From: a virus
Taxonomy: Duplodnaviria > Caudoviricetes
Reading direction: 5' to 3' (one strand)
IMG/VR virus record: IMGVR_UViG_2561511107_000003
Coordinates: 6,264 to 70,263 of that record
Length of the DNA: 64,000 nucleotides
Each line of letters starts with the position of its first letter. The stretch's first letter is position 1. The position numbers and the translations under genes are program-made. The notes beneath the pieces are model-generated. The model saw nothing but the letters and a program-made list of their open reading frames with translations. It did not search any database and was not told the DNA's origin. This document shows positions 29,717 through 40,588 of this stretch, one piece after another.

Positions 29717-32700
29717 ATGGCCCGGCGAATTGCGGTGCAGTTCATCGCCGAGTTGACGCGATTCAGTCAGCAGATGCGCGGCGGCGCCGACGAGGTCCGC
29801 AAGGTCCGGCAGGAAGCGGTGGCCGCCCAGCGGGAGGTGACCGGGCTCGGCGCCGCCGGTGACACGGCGGGCCGACAACTCGGCGACGGGCTGGTGCGTG
29901 GCCTCGACGGCAGGATCCGCGACGCCCGCGGCCGGTTCGTAGGGGCCGGTACGCGGGCGGGCCGCGACTTCGGGGACGGTTTCGAGCGTGGCGCCCGCTC
30001 CGGTATCGGCCGGGTTGCGGGCATGCTCGCCGGCGCGGCGCTGCAAGCCAGCGGTTCGGCTGGCCGGGGACAATTAGTCGGCCTGGCGGCGATCCCCGCG
30101 ACGGCCGCAGCTGCGGCAGCGTCGTTGCAGGTGCTGCCGCCGCTGCTCGCTGCTGTCGGCGGTGGTCTGGGCGCGATCCCCGGATTGGCGGCGGGTGCGG
30201 CCGGGTCGATCGGCACCGTCAAACTGGCCACCGCCGGACTCGGCGACGCCATCGAGGAGGTGTTCGCCGACGACCGCGACCCCTACCTGCGGCTATCACG
30301 CAACGGGCAGCAGTTCGTGTCCGCGCTGGGCGCGCAGAAGCAGGCACTGCTGGGTTTGCGGTCGGTGGCGCAGGACCGCGTCTTTAGGGGCCTTGACGCC
30401 GAGGTCACCGAGTTGGCGGCGGTGGCGCTACCGTTCGCCCGCACCCAGGTTGAGCGTTTTGGTGACACATGGAACACCACATTCCGGCAGGCGGCAGCGC
30501 TCGGCCGGGACCAGCAGTTTCTGGCCGGGTTGAACAGCGCGTTTGCCTCCGCCGACGGGTTCTTCGACAAGGTGAACGCGCGCATTCCGGCGACCGGTCG
30601 GGCGCTGGGTGGCCTGTTTACCGGCAGCATCCCGTTCGTCGACCAGTTCGGCGACAGCCTGCTGGAGTACGTGGACGACTTCAACGCGTGGATCGAGCGC
30701 ACCAGCAGGTCCGGCCAGTTGCACATGTTCTTCCGGGATGCCGGGCAGCAGGCCGACGCGCTACTTGATCTGACCCGCGAAATCTTTGTCCTTGTCGGCC
30801 GGATCGGCAGTATGGGGCAAGGCTCCACTCTGCTGCGGGACATGGCCGACGCCGTGGAACGGTTCAACGCCGAGGCACACAACATGCGGTCGGTGGAAGG
30901 GATCATCCGCACCGGCAACGAGGCCATCGCCGGCGTTGTCGATGTGCTGGTGGTGCTCGGCGAAACCCTCGGGAGCACGCTCGCCGATCCGGGCACCGCC
31001 GCGGCCGTCGCCTTGTTCTTCGACGTGCTCAAAGTGGGGGCGCAGATCGTCGGCGGGTTGGCGCAGGTGTTCGGGCTGCTGCCCGACCAGATTCAGGCCG
31101 CAGTGCTGGCCGGCGCGGCGCTGGCCATCGTCGCCGGGAAACTGAGCAAAGCCTTCGGTAAGGCGCACCTTGCCGTCGGTGGATTCACCGACCGGCTGCG
31201 GCAGACCGGCCCGTCGGGTGTGCAGGCCGCTGAGGGGATCGGCAAAGCCGAGCGTGCCATCGGCCGGCTGGTTGTCGCCATGGCGGCCTTCCAGGTCGGG
31301 TCCGCCGCCTTCGGGTCGACCCTCAACCCGCAGGTCGACGCCCTGTCCAGCCGGCTGAAAGAGTTCGCCCGCGACGGTGAGGTGGCCGGTGAGGCGGCCC
31401 GCGTTTTCGGCGGGGACATGGACAAGCTGGAAACGGCGATCAAGGATGTCGCGGACACGGGCGCCTGGTCCGACTTCGCCCGGGGCGCCGCCGGTTTCAT
31501 CGAGGGCATCACCGGGTTGGGGAACGTCGTCGATGACAGTCTCACCAGGTCGCGGGAGCGGATCTCGGCCCTCGACTCGGCGTTGACGGACATGGTGGCC
31601 GCCGGTGGGATGGATCAGGCCCGGCAGGCTTTCGACCGGATCGCCGAGTCGGCGGCCCGGCAGGGCGTGTCCACCCGCGAGTTGATGGCCGTCCTGCCCG
31701 GCTACGCGGCGGCTTTGGAGAAGGCGAAGGCTGCCGGGGATGGGCAGGCGCAGGCAACGGCCGCGGCGGAGCAGCGGACTCGGCTGCTGGCCGGGTCGAT
31801 GCAGGACACGATCACCGCGATGGGCTCGTACACGCGGGCGTGGGAGGTGCTGAACGGCGCCCAGTTGACGGCGGACGAGGCGGCTCTAGCGGCGAAGGAC
31901 GCCATTGATCAGGTGACGCAGTCTTTCGCGGACAACACCGACACGGTGACCGGCAACAGTCGGGCCGCGCTGGAGAACCGAATCGCGGTCGGGCAGGCCA
32001 CGCAGGCGGCTGCCGAAGCAGCGCAACGCAAGTACGAGGAAACCGGTTCGATTATCGAAGCTACCGCGACGTACGACTCGTACATCGGCGCGTTGCGGCG
32101 CACCCTGCGGCAGACGGCCCTGACGGACGCCGAAATCGAAGGGCTGCTGGCGTCGTACGCGCAGATGCCACCAGTCGCGCAAACGCAGGTGTCGGCGCCC
32201 GGCGCGGCTGGCGCGACACAGCAGGCAACCGGTTTCTACAGCGCGCTCAAGCGGCTACCCGACGGCAAGTTGGTGCGGGTGAATGTGCGCGGTGTCGAGT
32301 CAGCCATCAGCCGAGTGGATCGGCTGCAAGCCGAGGTCAGGGCCTTGACGGGCAAAACCATCCGTATCGGGGTGGTCGGCGGACGGGGCGGGCACCTCGA
32401 ACAGCGGTGGGGCGGCTACCACGAGCGCGGCGGCGGATGGACGAAGGCCGCGGTCGGCCTGCTGCGGGAGGCGGCTGTCTACCCGGCCCGCTATCCCGGC
32501 CGGTACATGATCGCCGAACCGGAAACGGGTGGTGAGGCATTCATTCCGTTGCGCGGTGACCATCGGCGCAGTGTTTCCATCGCCCAGAAGGCGATGGACC
32601 ACTACGGCATGGCAGTCGTTCCGAAGTCAGTGGTCGCGGCCGGTCAGCGGGCGATGGCGGCAATGGCGGCGTCCGCGCAGGCGGGACCGGCGTCGGGGCC

Positions 32701-32818
32701 GGTGACCTACGACAACCGGATCAGCGTCCACCCTCAGCGCGCGGATTTCACCCTGACCGATCTGGAGGCCCTGGAGGCCCGCCGGGATGCACAAGCGCGG
32801 GTAGGAAGGCCCCGATAA
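29717..32818 (+). CDS. Tape measure protein
   Basis: 1033 aa Ala/Gly-rich helical protein; EPETGGEAFIPL motif. Confidence 0.93.
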   Translation: MARRIAVQFIAELTRFSQQMRGGADEVRKVRQEAVAAQREVTGLGAAGDTAGRQLGDGLVRGLDGRIRDARGRFVGAGTRAGRDFGDGFERGARSGIGRVAGMLAGAALQASGSAGRGQLVGLAAIPATAAAAAASLQVLPPLLAAVGGGLGAIPGLAAGAAGSIGTVKLATAGLGDAIEEVFADDRDPYLRLSRNGQQFVSALGAQKQALLGLRSVAQDRVFRGLDAEVTELAAVALPFARTQVERFGDTWNTTFRQAAALGRDQQFLAGLNSAFASADGFFDKVNARIPATGRALGGLFTGSIPFVDQFGDSLLEYVDDFNAWIERTSRSGQLHMFFRDAGQQADALLDLTREIFVLVGRIGSMGQGSTLLRDMADAVERFNAEAHNMRSVEGIIRTGNEAIAGVVDVLVVLGETLGSTLADPGTAAAVALFFDVLKVGAQIVGGLAQVFGLLPDQIQAAVLAGAALAIVAGKLSKAFGKAHLAVGGFTDRLRQTGPSGVQAAEGIGKAERAIGRLVVAMAAFQVGSAAFGSTLNPQVDALSSRLKEFARDGEVAGEAARVFGGDMDKLETAIKDVADTGAWSDFARGAAGFIEGITGLGNVVDDSLTRSRERISALDSALTDMVAAGGMDQARQAFDRIAESAARQGVSTRELMAVLPGYAAALEKAKAAGDGQAQATAAAEQRTRLLAGSMQDTITAMGSYTRAWEVLNGAQLTADEAALAAKDAIDQVTQSFADNTDTVTGNSRAALENRIAVGQATQAAAEAAQRKYEETGSIIEATATYDSYIGALRRTLRQTALTDAEIEGLLASYAQMPPVAQTQVSAPGAAGATQQATGFYSALKRLPDGKLVRVNVRGVESAISRVDRLQAEVRALTGKTIRIGVVGGRGGHLEQRWGGYHERGGGWTKAAVGLLREAAVYPARYPGRYMIAEPETGGEAFIPLRGDHRRSVSIAQKAMDHYGMAVVPKSVVAAGQRAMAAMAASAQAGPASGPVTYDNRISVHPQRADFTLTDLEALEARRDAQARVGRPR

Positions 32819-33747
32819 TGCCTATCTTGGTTGGCACCCTCACCGAGCCCACCCCCACACCGCCGTCGGGCATCCCGCAGCCTGCTGACCCGGGCCGGCC
32901 GGAGGCGGTGTGGATCGCGCCGGACGGCACCGAGGTCCATCTGACCTCAGACCGGGAACTGCACTTCACCCTCGACTCCGTGACAGGGTGGGGTGCCGCC
33001 CCAATCAGCCTGGTCGCCGACCCGCACCCGCGTGGCGGCACCCGCGTGCGACACATCCAACCGCAGCCACGAACCATCACCTGGCCACTGCGCATACGGG
33101 CCACCACCCACATGGAACTGGTTTCCGGCTGGCGGGACCTCACCGCCCGGTTCACCCAGACCCGCCGGCTTGGTCCCGGCCTGTTACGGATCATGCGCCC
33201 GGACGGGACTGCCCGCGAGGTACTCGCCTACTACCAGGCCGGGTTTGCCGGTGAACCTGGCCAGGGGCACACGTGGGACACGGCGGTGCTGTCGCTGTAC
33301 TGCGAGGATCCCTACTGGCGAGCGGTTGCCCCAGTCAGCACCCTCTACTCCAACGGCGCCACAGTGTCGTACCTGGACCCGTATCTGACGGTCAGCCCGT
33401 CGAGTGTGCTCGGCGCGACGACGGCCGTCAACGCAGGTGATGTGGAGGCGTGGCCAGCATGGACGATCGTTGGGCCCGCCTCGCAAGTGCAGGCCACCAA
33501 CTCGACCACCGGTGAGGCGTTCACCTTGTCGGCGACGCTGCTCGCCGGGGAGACGGCGACGATCAGCACCGATCCGCCGACGGTACGCGGCCCGGCCGGG
33601 CAGATCTGGACCGGAAACCTCGACTGGCCTGGTGCGGTGCTGTGGGCTTTGCAGCCCGGCCTGAACAACGTCGACTTCGCGGTGTCCGGCGCGGCGGCGG
33701 GTACGCAGATCACTCTCTCCTACACCCCTCGATACGAGACGGCCTGA
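32818..33747 (+). CDS. Distal tail protein (Dit-like)
   Basis: PRTITWPL, CEDPYW, NAGDVEAWP, LQPGLN. Confidence 0.85.
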   Translation: MPILVGTLTEPTPTPPSGIPQPADPGRPEAVWIAPDGTEVHLTSDRELHFTLDSVTGWGAAPISLVADPHPRGGTRVRHIQPQPRTITWPLRIRATTHMELVSGWRDLTARFTQTRRLGPGLLRIMRPDGTAREVLAYYQAGFAGEPGQGHTWDTAVLSLYCEDPYWRAVAPVSTLYSNGATVSYLDPYLTVSPSSVLGATTAVNAGDVEAWPAWTIVGPASQVQATNSTTGEAFTLSATLLAGETATISTDPPTVRGPAGQIWTGNLDWPGAVLWALQPGLNNVDFAVSGAAAGTQITLSYTPRYETA

Positions 33748-33750
33748 CCG

Positions 33751-34962
33751 ATGCCTCCGATGCTGTCCGCGCCCGCGCGGATCACTCTGCTGATCACCGA
33801 CCGGAACCTGACCGTCCTCGGCGACCCCGTCGACGGGTGGACCGACCTGGACGTGACGGTGCGGTTCAACGAGCCGGCGTCCGGGTCGTTCACCGCGCCG
33901 GCGTACCCGGCCCTGCTGCAGCAGATTCGCGGCACCGCGCTCGACGAACTGCGGCGGGTCGTCGTCATCCGCGATGGGCTGATCTTTGCCGCCGGCCCGA
34001 TCGAGCGTGAGGGTCCGGAGGTGTGGTCGGCCGACGGCGGCCAGCACAGCGGCCCCGGCACGATCACCGTGCACTTCGCCGACGACCTGGCTCGACTCGC
34101 CGGCCGTCACACATACCCGGACCCCACCGCAGCCGCTACCGGGCAGACATCGACAGCACGGTGGACATCGACGGGCAACGCCGAGGACATCATGCGCGCC
34201 CTGGTCAACGTCAATGCTGGCCCCGCCGCGCTCACCACCCGACAGATTCCGCAGCTGGTGCTCGGCGCCGACCAGGGCGTCGGCTCGACCATCACGTTCG
34301 GCACCCGATTCGAGGCCCTCGGCGACGCCCTGCGGTCGGCGGCGATCGCCGGTGGCGGCCTCGGCTTCCGCACCCAGCAGGTCGGCAACACGATCGAGTT
34401 TCAGGTGTACGCGCCAGACGATCTGACCAGCGGGGCTAGCGCCGTCCGTTTCGGCCGTGGCCTGGGGAACCTGCGGTCGTACTCGTACATCCGGGAGGCA
34501 CCGACGGCTACCACGGCGATCGTCGGCGGCAAGGACGCCGGCACATCCCGGGTCATCGTCGAACGCACCGACACGGCCGCAGCCGCAGCGTGGGAGCGGA
34601 TGGAGACGTTCGTCGACCGGCGGCAGTCCGACGACGTCCCCGGATCCACCGACGAGCTTGACCAGGCCGGCGACGAGGCCCTCACCCGCGCCGCTGCCCG
34701 CGCCCGACTGTCGTCGGTCACCGTCGATACCCCCACCCAGCGATATGGACAGCACTACCAGCTCGGTGACCGCGTGGCGATGCAGCTGCTCAGCGGCGCC
34801 GAAGTCACCGACGTTGTCCGCGCTGTGCACCTGCAGGCCATCCCCCAGTCGGGGGAGGTCGTAACCGCGCTGGTCGGATCGCAGGAGGCATCCAGCGACC
34901 CGGGCTGGCTACAAGCAACCCGCGACCTCGCCCGTCGTCTGGCCGGGCTGGAGACCATCTGA
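33751..34962 (+). CDS. Baseplate hub/minor tail protein (ReqiPepy6 Gp37-like)
   Basis: VRFNEPAS, ETFVDRR, YQLGDRV. Confidence 0.85.
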   Translation: MPPMLSAPARITLLITDRNLTVLGDPVDGWTDLDVTVRFNEPASGSFTAPAYPALLQQIRGTALDELRRVVVIRDGLIFAAGPIEREGPEVWSADGGQHSGPGTITVHFADDLARLAGRHTYPDPTAAATGQTSTARWTSTGNAEDIMRALVNVNAGPAALTTRQIPQLVLGADQGVGSTITFGTRFEALGDALRSAAIAGGGLGFRTQQVGNTIEFQVYAPDDLTSGASAVRFGRGLGNLRSYSYIREAPTATTAIVGGKDAGTSRVIVERTDTAAAAAWERMETFVDRRQSDDVPGSTDELDQAGDEALTRAAARARLSSVTVDTPTQRYGQHYQLGDRVAMQLLSGAEVTDVVRAVHLQAIPQSGEVVTALVGSQEASSDPGWLQATRDLARRLAGLETI

Positions 34963-35867
34963 TGACAGAAACCTGGTACCCGAATCCCGGTGTCACGCAG
35001 CTGCAGCACGAGCACCTCATCGGCGTCGCCGTGCCCACCGGCGTCGTGGGACATCCGCAGGACCCGTCCCTGGTGTACGCGCCTGGCTCCGGCACCCGCG
35101 AGATTCGCTTCCGCGCCGACCGGCGGGCAGCTGTCCTGGGCTACGGCTGGGCAAACGACAACGACGAAATCGTGCGGTCCCTGGCTGACAACGCCGCCGG
35201 CGAGGTCCGGGTGGACCTAGTCGTGCTGCGCTTCGACCGCGCCGACTACTCCGTTCGCAACGCCGTCGTGTTGGGCACCCCCGGTGCCGGAGCGCCCGCA
35301 CCCACCATGGACACCGGCACATCCGGCGTCTGGGAGCTACCCGTGGCGGAGGTCGACGTCAGTCCGGGCGCGACTACCATCGCCGACACCCAGGTGCGCA
35401 ACCGTGTCTGGTACATCGGCCCCGATGGGCGGATCCTGTGCACATCGAGCACCCGGCCGCCGCAACAGGCCGGACGGGTCATCGTCGAGACCGACACAGG
35501 TCGAACCCTGGAATCAACAGGGCTGACGTGGGTGGTAGCGCGTGAGAATTCGGGGGCAGCGGCTCTCGTAAGCGCGCCCGGCTTCACCGCGCACCGCAAT
35601 GTGTTGCGGCGGAAAAACGGCTGGGTATTCGCCCAGCTGACGTTTAGGCGCAGCTCATCCATGGACGCGGACCGGGCTTACACGGTCGCGACCGTCCCAG
35701 CGGACTTCCGTCCCGTCGCGACTCTTGACGGCACAGGCAGTGTGGTGAATCTGTCGCTAACGGCGACAGCGACCGTGACCACATCCGGCCTCTTCCAGGT
35801 CAGGGTGTCAGATGTACTGCACGTCGGGTCGGTCGTGATCCACCCAATGACCTGGCCCATCGACTAG
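34962..35867 (+). CDS. Minor tail protein
   Basis: RVDLVVLRFD, WELPVAEV. Confidence 0.75.
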   Translation: MTETWYPNPGVTQLQHEHLIGVAVPTGVVGHPQDPSLVYAPGSGTREIRFRADRRAAVLGYGWANDNDEIVRSLADNAAGEVRVDLVVLRFDRADYSVRNAVVLGTPGAGAPAPTMDTGTSGVWELPVAEVDVSPGATTIADTQVRNRVWYIGPDGRILCTSSTRPPQQAGRVIVETDTGRTLESTGLTWVVARENSGAAALVSAPGFTAHRNVLRRKNGWVFAQLTFRRSSSMDADRAYTVATVPADFRPVATLDGTGSVVNLSLTATATVTTSGLFQVRVSDVLHVGSVVIHPMTWPID

Positions 35868-35938
35868 CCACAGAGGCGCTAGTCGATGTCTCGGATTTGC
35901 TGTCCGCGTTGCGACCCGCCGCTCATTAGGAGACGAAC

Positions 35939-37702
35939 ATGTACTGGTATGGAGGCGGGCCGGCTGACTGGGCGATGGCCCTGGTCACCATCGACGGCAC
36001 CGCGAACGTCCCACAAATGCAGCCGGGTGCGATCGTCACCTGCTGGAACGCGCAGGTCGGCGGCACCCAGTACACCGACCTCGCACTCGCCGACGGCACC
36101 CCGGTCAGCCAGGTCACCGCGTCTGTCGGCGACGCCGTCTACGGTCCGGGCACCTGGCCCCGCTTCCAGGCTCCCGTGCTGTCCATGTGGATCTCCGTTG
36201 ACGGCGGTCCCCGAATGCTCGTCGTGTCAACAGACGTCCCCGATGTCATGCAGCAGCTCAGCGTTGCCGCGCAGGCCGCGCAGCAGGCTGCCGAGGCCGC
36301 AGCCACCGACGCAGCAGCCGTAGCCGAAAGCTCCTCCACCGCAGGTCACATCGCCGAGTCGGACCCACACCCCCAGTACCTCGACGAGGCAGGCGGTGAC
36401 CTGCGGTACCTGCTCGCCGACGCCGGAACGGTCGCTCCCCTCGACGAACCCCGCGAAACGATGACCTTCGCGTCCACGCCAGCGGCCGGGAACGCCAACA
36501 TGCGTGAGCTCTGGATCACCCACGGGGGTGTGACCAGGCTCGCGGCGTGGGAAAACGAACGCAACAACCCCAGACGCGAGCAGCTACCCGGAGCACTGTG
36601 GGACCACCTCTATACGGCGGTGGCGGCGCACAACGGCACCGGCCGCGCCTACAACGTCGACATCCGGGGCTCAGACAACGTCCGGCGGCAGGCTGGCGGC
36701 ATCGACGCCCTCGGCCGGCCCGTTACCTCCGACCAAACATGGACGCCCATCACAAGCCTGGACCCAGACTCGACCGGCGCGTACACGGCCAGCACCGCAA
36801 TCGGCCCCGCCCCCCTGGGCGTGCGGTGGGAAACCGACGACACCGTCCGGATGCAGGGCCGTATCGATGCCACCGCCGTCACCGCCGGGCACACCCTGGC
36901 CGTACTACCCGCCGGCTACCTGCCCTTGTCGCAGCGGCTGCTCACCCTGCCCACCGTCGACGGCCAGACGGTGACCACCGAGTTGCTCACCAACGGCCAT
37001 ATCGTCGCCCAAACCACCCTTGCTGGGCCGGTGACCCTGGCACTCGACGACTTGACCTTCGCCCGCGTGACAGCCCCCCAGAACACCGGCAACTGGACTG
37101 TCACCTCGGCAGCGGTCGCCACCCCCGGCACGGTTAGCCCGCTCAGCCTCACCCACGCCGGCGCCACCGACCGTCTCTACGTGCTCGTTCTCGCCCGTAG
37201 CTCTGCGGCGGACCCATTTACCACCGTCATCGACAACGCGTCCAATACCTGGACCCGGATCACGTACGCGCCGACAAGCGGTAGCGTCGGCCGGCGCATC
37301 GAGATGTGGACTTGCCAGCCCACCATAGCTTTCGCCAGCGTGTCCGTCGGCTTCAGTGGCGCCGGCACTGCGTACGCCAGCCTCTACGAGATCACAGGCC
37401 ACCACGCCACCCCGCTCGACCAAGCCGCCAGCGACCACCGTTCGTCCACGACGACACCAGCGGCAGTCGAGGTCACACCCAGCGGCACTGGTCGCCTCGT
37501 CATCGCGGGCGTCGCCTGCGCCCCGAACACCTTGGCGCAGATCACCGCCTCGCCTGGGTGGACGGCGCTGCCCTCCCACGACGGCGGTCCGGCTGTGGTC
37601 TACCAAACGGATCCGGCCGCGAGCGCGCCGCTCGGCGTTTCCTGGACGCTGGCCACGTCGGCTGGCTCCGGCCACGCGATCGCCGCCATCGCACCTGAGT
37701 AG
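35939..37702 (+). CDS. Tail fibre/receptor-binding protein
   Basis: DPHPQYL, LPAGYLP, beta-rich C-terminal domain. Confidence 0.7.
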   Translation: MYWYGGGPADWAMALVTIDGTANVPQMQPGAIVTCWNAQVGGTQYTDLALADGTPVSQVTASVGDAVYGPGTWPRFQAPVLSMWISVDGGPRMLVVSTDVPDVMQQLSVAAQAAQQAAEAAATDAAAVAESSSTAGHIAESDPHPQYLDEAGGDLRYLLADAGTVAPLDEPRETMTFASTPAAGNANMRELWITHGGVTRLAAWENERNNPRREQLPGALWDHLYTAVAAHNGTGRAYNVDIRGSDNVRRQAGGIDALGRPVTSDQTWTPITSLDPDSTGAYTASTAIGPAPLGVRWETDDTVRMQGRIDATAVTAGHTLAVLPAGYLPLSQRLLTLPTVDGQTVTTELLTNGHIVAQTTLAGPVTLALDDLTFARVTAPQNTGNWTVTSAAVATPGTVSPLSLTHAGATDRLYVLVLARSSAADPFTTVIDNASNTWTRITYAPTSGSVGRRIEMWTCQPTIAFASVSVGFSGAGTAYASLYEITGHHATPLDQAASDHRSSTTTPAAVEVTPSGTGRLVIAGVACAPNTLAQITASPGWTALPSHDGGPAVVYQTDPAASAPLGVSWTLATSAGSGHAIAAIAPE

Positions 37703-37836
37703 CCGCCACCGCGAGCACCGGCCGCGGCCACGGAAGGCACGGCGGGCACAGACCTTGCCGAGTCCGGGTTGACCGCCAGCGACACGTAGCCCGACACGCA
37801 CCCTTTGACCACCTACATCTGCCCCGAGGGAGGGAC

Positions 37837-37992
37837 ATGTCCACCACCAACCCACATCCGGTACCCGACGAGAGCCCGGAGCAGCACATCGGACCCCAAC
37901 TCCCGGATCCATGGGACGACCCCGAGCAAACCGACTGGCCATCAGTGGAGGTGAACATCGATGACGTGGACCGTGGTACCGAACCTGGATGA
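37837..37992 (+). CDS. Small acidic Pro-rich protein
   Basis: GGAGGGA RBS, 51 aa, overlaps the endolysin start. Confidence 0.5.
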   Translation: MSTTNPHPVPDESPEQHIGPQLPDPWDDPEQTDWPSVEVNIDDVDRGTEPG

Positions 37993-38779
37993 GGCCCGCG
38001 ATCAACTCAACACGCGGTTCCCGGGGCGGGACACCAGGTCGGACGGGTCGATCGGAGATACCGCCCACCAGCGGTACCCGTCGAGCCATAACCCGGACCG
38101 GACCGGCCGGCCCGAACACCGCGACGGCGACCAGCTCGACGAGGTGCGCGCCCGGGACTTCGACGCCGACCTGCGCGACCCCGGCGGGGTCACGATGGAA
38201 CAGGTCGTGCAGCTGTGGGTGACCCTCGCCCGATCGGGTGTGCTGTGGTGGGTGCGGTACATCATCTTCAACGGCCGCATCTGGCACCGCCGCCACGGGT
38301 TCGCCACCCACGCCTACACCGGGTCGAACCGGCACACCGGGCACTGTCATGTGACGTCGGAGTTCACCCAGGCAGCCGACACGGTACGAGGCACGAACTG
38401 GCGACTCGACCAGCTCGGCAAGCCGGCACCGGTGCCGCCACGGCCGGCCCCCGGCCCACCGGTGGCGTTCCCACTCCCCGCCGGGTACTACTTCGGCCCA
38501 CGCCGGGACGGGAACAGGTCGGTGTCCGGCTACTACCGGCGCCGATTCGCAGGCAAGACCGACCGGCAGTGGCTTACCGCCTGGACCACACAGCTGACCC
38601 GCCGCGGCTGGCCGGCGGGCAAGGGCCGCCGGTACCTGCGCACGGCCGGCGCCGACGGGCTCTACGGGCCGGAGTACCGGAAGCTCATCCTGGCGTTCCA
38701 AGCCGATCAGGGCCTCACCCGGGATGGGCTGCTGGGCCGCAAGACGTGGGACGCCGCGTACCGAAACCCGATTCGATAA
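37961..38779 (+). CDS. Endolysin (Zn-peptidase-like domain plus peptidoglycan-binding domain)
   Basis: SSHNPD, ARDFD, HTGHCH; AFQADQGLTRDGLLGRKTW. Confidence 0.88.
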   Translation: MTWTVVPNLDEARDQLNTRFPGRDTRSDGSIGDTAHQRYPSSHNPDRTGRPEHRDGDQLDEVRARDFDADLRDPGGVTMEQVVQLWVTLARSGVLWWVRYIIFNGRIWHRRHGFATHAYTGSNRHTGHCHVTSEFTQAADTVRGTNWRLDQLGKPAPVPPRPAPGPPVAFPLPAGYYFGPRRDGNRSVSGYYRRRFAGKTDRQWLTAWTTQLTRRGWPAGKGRRYLRTAGADGLYGPEYRKLILAFQADQGLTRDGLLGRKTWDAAYRNPIR

Positions 38780-38795
38780 CCCGCTGGGAGATTCG

Positions 38796-39089
38796 GTGGA
38801 GATGCTGCTCTATGGGGCGGCGGCGATCGTCGCCATCGGCGCCGCCGCCCGAGTACTACACAAGGTCGTCCTAGGTGCGCGCCGGATGTCCCGGCTCGTT
38901 GACGACCTGCTCGGCGAACCACCGCGCCCCGGTCTACTCGACGGCCGCCCGGGACTCATGGCCCGGGTGGGCCGCATCGAGGAACGCCTGGACGCCCTCG
39001 AGGAGCTGCGCCCCAACGGCGGCAGCTCGATCAAGGACCAGGTGGACCGGATCGCCCACGCCACCGGCGCCGACCAAGCCGGACGCTGA
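38796..39089 (+). CDS. Lysis-cassette membrane protein
   Basis: N-terminal TM, PNGGSSIKDQV motif. Confidence 0.7.
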   Translation: MEMLLYGAAAIVAIGAAARVLHKVVLGARRMSRLVDDLLGEPPRPGLLDGRPGLMARVGRIEERLDALEELRPNGGSSIKDQVDRIAHATGADQAGR

Positions 39090-39094
39090 CCGTG

Positions 39095-39385
39095 CTACAG
39101 CACGCGGCTGAGCCGCTCGCGCACCTCTGCCGCGTGCTCCCGCGCGACGGTCATGTCGGCACCAGCCGCTTGGAGCAGCTCCACCGTCGGTCGGTTGATG
39201 CCGTGCGGGTCGACCAACGCCACCCCGGCCTGAACACCCAGTAGTACCGGATCGTCGGTGACCGCCCGCACCGCGGCAACCGCCACCTCACGGGACACGT
39301 CCCGTCGATCGCCGGTGCCGTACCGGCGGGCCACCCCGGACAGCTCGGCCAGGACCAGCCGCTGCGGCTGCGGCAGTGACGGCAT
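39095..39385 (-). CDS. Hypothetical protein, antisense within the lysis cassette
   Basis: Fills the gap exactly; plausible helical protein. Confidence 0.6.
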   Translation of the reverse strand: MPSLPQPQRLVLAELSGVARRYGTGDRRDVSREVAVAAVRAVTDDPVLLGVQAGVALVDPHGINRPTVELLQAAGADMTVAREHAAEVRERLSRVL

Positions 39386-39432
39386 ATCCACCATCCCCCG
39401 ACCCTAACCGCGAGCCCAAGGAGGGCACCCCG

Positions 39433-39696
39433 ATGACCCACGACTACCTGATCTCGCTGATCCGCACCGCCGTTCCCGCCGGTATCGGCGCGCTGCTGGC
39501 CTGGCTGGCCTCGACGGCGGGCGTTGTCCTCGACGGCGACTCGTCCACCGCCCTCACGGCTGGTGTGGTCGCGTTGGCGATGGCCGGCTACTACGCCCTC
39601 GTCCGGATGGCCGAGGCACGGTGGCCATGGCTGGGCGTCCTCCTCGGCACGCCGGCCGCGCCCACGTACGAGGCGCCGGCGCCCCGGCAGCAGTAG
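39433..39696 (+). CDS. Holin
   Basis: IRTAVP, two TMs, YYALVR.AE.RWPWLG.LLG; AGGAGG RBS. Confidence 0.8.
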   Translation: MTHDYLISLIRTAVPAGIGALLAWLASTAGVVLDGDSSTALTAGVVALAMAGYYALVRMAEARWPWLGVLLGTPAAPTYEAPAPRQQ

Positions 39697-39795
39697 CCCT
39701 GCCGAACCAGCCATACCCGCCGGTGGTGGTGACTCGGGGGCACCACCACCCGGCGGACACCCTTCAGATACCCCTCGGTTGACGCGGGAGAGCTG

Positions 39796-40533
39796 ATGAC
39801 TGCCTGGACTGTGCACCACGGTGACGCCCTGACGATCCTGCCCACCCTGCCCGCCGCGAGCGTCGATCTCGTGCTGACCGACCCGCCATACAACTCCGGC
39901 GGCCGTACCCAATCCGACCGGACCAAGGACACCGCCCGCAACAAATACGTATCCGGCGACGCCGCCCATCAGCTGCGGGATTTCGTCGGCGACAACCGCG
40001 ACCAGCGCTCCTACACCGCCTGGCTGTCGCTGATCCTCGCCGACTGCCTCCGCGTCTCGAGGCCCGGCGCATCACTGCTCGTGTTCACCGACTGGCGGCA
40101 GTTGCCGGCCACCAGCGACGCCCTACAGGCCGGCGGCTGGCTATGGCGCGGCATCATCTGCTGGCACAAACCCATCTCCCGCCCGCGTGTCGGCGGGTTC
40201 AAAGCCGACTGCGAGTACATCCTGTGGGGCTCGCACGGGCCGATCGACGCCACCCGCAACCCCGTCTACCTGCCCGGCCTCTACAGCGCCAGCCAGCCCC
40301 GCGGCAAGGGCAGGCAGCACATCACCCAGAAACCCGTCAGCCTGCTCGCCGACCTGGTCAGGGTATGCCCGCCCGGCGGCACGATCCTCGATCCGTTCGC
40401 CGGCTCCGGCTCCACCGGCGTTGCCGCCGTCGACGCCGGCCACCCGTTCGTCGGTATCGAGGCCAGCGCCCACTACGTCCAGATTGCACGACAGCGGATC
40501 ACCGATGCCACCACCCAGCACACGCCCGGGTAG
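39796..40533 (+). CDS. N6-adenine/N4-cytosine DNA methyltransferase (beta class)
   Basis: TDPPY, HITQKP, LDPFAGSGST. Confidence 0.93.
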   Translation: MTAWTVHHGDALTILPTLPAASVDLVLTDPPYNSGGRTQSDRTKDTARNKYVSGDAAHQLRDFVGDNRDQRSYTAWLSLILADCLRVSRPGASLLVFTDWRQLPATSDALQAGGWLWRGIICWHKPISRPRVGGFKADCEYILWGSHGPIDATRNPVYLPGLYSASQPRGKGRQHITQKPVSLLADLVRVCPPGGTILDPFAGSGSTGVAAVDAGHPFVGIEASAHYVQIARQRITDATTQHTPG

Positions 40534-40588
40534 GATCGTCGATGCGGTGCCGCCGGTGACGTCCCGGCCGGCGCCGACCAACAACACG

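Noticed and set aside
15600-38701. Long antisense or alternate-frame ORFs (e.g. 15600-17267, 33184-34830, 36905-38701)
   Set aside because: Shadows of real genes caused by high-GC codon bias; no motifs or RBS
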